DNA of 62,571 bases, counting the filler. It is 8 parts of 8 records of this genome, joined end to end, with 100 filler letters (N's around TTAATTAATTAA, not from the genome) between each part and the next. Parts side by side here need not be neighbours in the genome. Positions count along the whole stretch, not along the records: positions 53,276 to 62,571 come from SRR11831586_166; 7 more parts are not named here. One strand, given 5' to 3'. Below the pieces are notes generated by a model. It searched no databases. It saw nothing but the letters and a program-made list of their open reading frames with translations, and was not told the DNA's origin. Positions 60,127 through 62,571 of this stretch are shown one piece after another (within the stretch, counting starts at the first letter, position 1; each line of letters opens with the position of its first letter). The translations under genes were made by a program, and so were the position numbers.

Positions 60127-61126
60127 ATGCGCAATCACAGAATTTCTTTACAGGATATCGCTACGCTGGCTGGCGTAACAAAAATGACCGTGAGTCGTTA
60201 TATCCGCTCGCCGAAAAAGGTGGCAAAGGAAACAGGCGAGCGCATCGCCAAAATTATGGAAGAGATCAATTATATCCCTAATCGCGCTCCCGGCATGTTG
60301 TTGAATGCACAAAGTTATACCCTCGGTATCTTGATTCCGTCATTTCAAAATCAACTCTTCGCTGACATTCTCGCGGGAATAGAATCCGTCACCTCTGAGC
60401 ATAATTATCAGACCCTTATTGCTAATTACAATTACGATCGCGATTCCGAAGAAGAGTCGGTGATTAACCTGCTCTCTTATAACATTGACGGGATTATACT
60501 TTCGGAAAAATATCACACCATCAGGACGGTGAAATTTCTGCGTTCAGCCACCATTCCGGTCGTGGAATTGATGGATGTACAGGGAGAACGGCTGGATATG
60601 GAGGTCGGTTTTGATAATCGGCAGGCCGCTTTTGACATGGTGTGTACCATGCTGGAGAAGCGAGTCAGGCACAAAATTCTGTATCTCGGTTCCAAAGATG
60701 ACACCCGCGATGAACAGCGTTATCAGGGGTATTGCGATGCGATGATGCTGCATAACTCTTTCCCCATTACGCATGAATCCACGCGCCATCTCATCCATTC
60801 ATTTAGGAATGCAGTTAATGCGTGATGCCCTTAGCGCAAACCCGGATTTAGACGGTGTATTTTGCACCAATGACGATATTGCGATGGGTGCGCTTCTGCT
60901 GTGCCGCGAGCGAAACCTCGCCGTGCCAGAACAAATTTCCATTGCGGGTTTTCATGGGCTGGAGATTGGCAGGCAAATGATCCCAAGCCTCGCCAGCGTA
61001 ATTACTCCCCGTTTTGATATTGGTCGGATGGCCGCCCAAATGTTGCTGAGCAAAATTAAAAATAACGATCACAACCACAACACTGTTGACCTCGGGTATC
61101 AGATTTATCACGGCAACACGCTTTAG
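60127..61126 (+). CDS. idnR: LacI-family regulator, split by a +1 frameshift near 60756 (probable sequencing error)
   Basis: LacI HTH ([17 protein letters not shown]); span 1000 nt = 3n+1; two overlapping ORFs. Confidence 0.9.
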
Positions 61127-61203
61127 GTTATTTTCTCTTCATTACACGTATTCTCTTTGCCGGACGTTGCCTATACTCCAGGCAGGAAACTGGAGGATAT
61201 CTC

Positions 61204-62571
61204 ATGAGTGAACCCCTGTTAATTGCCCGCACGCCGGACACAGAACTGTTTTTACTGCCGGGAATGGCTAACCGTCATGGGCTGATTACCGGCGCAACGG
61301 GGACGGGTAAAACCGTTACGCTGCAAAAACTGGCGGAGTCATTGTCGGAAATCGGCGTGCCGGTGTTTATGGCTGATGTGAAAGGCGATCTGACCGGCGT
61401 CGCGCAGGCAGGAACGGTGTCGGAAAAACTGCTCGCAAGGCTTAAAAATATCGGCGTCAATGACTGGCAACCGCATGCCAATCCGGTGGTGATGTGGGAT
61501 ATCTTTGGCGAGAAAGGCCATCCGGTGCGGGCGACGGTTTCGGATCTGGGGCCGCTGTTGCTGGCACGACTGTTGAATCTCAACGATGTGCAATCTGGCG
61601 TGCTGAATATCATCTTCCGCATTGCTGACGATCAGGGGCTGTTACTGCTCGACTTTAAAGATCTGCGGGCAATTACCCAGTACATCGGCGATAACGCCAA
61701 ATCCTTCCAGAATCAGTACGGTAATATCAGTAGCGCATCGGTTGGTGCCATCCAGCGCGGGCTGTTGTCGCTGGAACAGCAAGGCGCAGCACACTTCTTT
61801 GGTGAGCCGATGCTGGATATCAAAGACTGGATGCGCACCGATGCCAACGGTAAAGGCGTTATCAATATCCTCAGCGCCGAGAAACTTTATCAGATGCCGA
61901 AACTGTACGCCGCCAGCCTGCTGTGGATGCTTTCAGAGTTGTATGAACAATTGCCGGAAGCGGGCGATCTGGAGAAACCAAAACTGGTGTTTTTCTTCGA
62001 CGAGGCACATCTGCTGTTTAACGATGCCCCGCAGGTACTGCTGGATAAGATTGAGCAGGTGATAAGGCTTATTCGCTCAAAAGGCGTGGGCGTCTGGTTC
62101 GTTTCGCAAAACCCGTCTGATATTCCGGATAATGTGCTCGGGCAGCTCGGTAATCGCGTTCAACATGCTTTGCGGGCTTTTACGCCAAAAGATCAGAAAG
62201 CAGTGAAGGCAGCGGCGCAAACCATGCGGGCCAATCCGGCGTTTGATACCGAAAAGGCGATTCAGGAACTGGGCACCGGCGAGGCGTTGATCTCTTTTCT
62301 GGATGCGAAAGGAAGCCCTTCTGTGGTGGAGCGTGCGATGGTGATCGCGCCTTGTTCGCGGATGGGGCCGGTGACGGAAGATGAGCGTAATGGCTTGATT
62401 AATCACTCTCCGGTGTATGGCAAATATGAGGATGAGGTGGACCGGGAATCCGCCTATGAGATGTTGCAAAAAGGCTTTCAGGCCAGTACCGAGCAGCAAA
62501 ATAATCCTCCCGCGAAAGGGAAAGAGGTAGCGGTGGATGACGGCATTCTTGGTGGATTGAAGGTATATTTT
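61204..62571 (+). CDS. yjgR: DUF853 HerA-like ATPase, runs off the window end
   Basis: [10 protein letters not shown]...[14 protein letters not shown] (Walker A), FFFDEAH (Walker B), RSKGVG..F.SQ; absent from the ORF track because it has no stop codon. Confidence 0.9.
   Translation, partial: MSEPLLIARTPDTELFLLPGMANRHGLITGATGTGKTVTLQKLAESLSEIGVPVFMADVKGDLTGVAQAGTVSEKLLARLKNIGVNDWQPHANPVVMWDIFGEKGHPVRATVSDLGPLLLARLLNLNDVQSGVLNIIFRIADDQGLLLLDFKDLRAITQYIGDNAKSFQNQYGNISSASVGAIQRGLLSLEQQGAAHFFGEPMLDIKDWMRTDANGKGVINILSAEKLYQMPKLYAASLLWMLSELYEQLPEAGDLEKPKLVFFFDEAHLLFNDAPQVLLDKIEQVIRLIRSKGVGVWFVSQNPSDIPDNVLGQLGNRVQHALRAFTPKDQKAVKAAAQTMRANPAFDTEKAIQELGTGEALISFLDAKGSPSVVERAMVIAPCSRMGPVTEDERNGLINHSPVYGKYEDEVDRESAYEMLQKGFQASTEQQNNPPAKGKEVAVDDGILGGLKVYF

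Noticed and set aside
62560-62571. Possible extra T at the very end of yjgR (AAGGTATATTTT)
   Set aside because: Terminal bases cannot be assessed and are probably low quality.

Overview
This window is not one continuous locus. It consists of eight assembly contigs joined by seven identical 100-bp artificial spacers (44 N + TTAATTAATTAA + 44 N). Seven contigs look like ordinary Escherichia coli K-12-type chromosome from unlinked regions: (1) flk'-pdxB-usg-truA-dedA-accD-folC-dedD; (2) 'relA-rlmD-barA; (3) yidBAX-dgoRKADT-cbrA-yidRQ-ibpAB-yidEP-glvCBG-yidL-yidK'; (4) 'bcr-yejG-yejFEBA-pdeN-mepS-lpxT-yeiR-'yeiQ; (5) rhlE-cecR-ybhG-ybhF'; (6) ybdD-hcxA-ybdL-ybdM-ybdN-'ybdO; (8) intB-leuX-ahr-idnKDOTR-yjgR'. 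Gene names come from my recognition of the translations, not from a database search. K-12-type lesions are visible (amber stops in glvC/B and intB, internally deleted glvG), along with single-base insertions in yejA and idnR that look like sequencing errors. Contig 7 (51062-53175) is the outlier. It has no recognisable bacterial gene and looks eukaryote-like. It carries a diverged inverted repeat with ~350-bp arms, a perfect 24-bp tandem duplication, a CCCTAACCCTA telomere-like motif, CA-rich tracts and the 3' end of an unannotated ORF with an RCC1-repeat-like motif. I find no convincing new bacterial system. The best leads are contig 7 and the uncharacterised YbdN (PAPS-reductase/PP-loop) + YbdM (ParB-like) gene pair.
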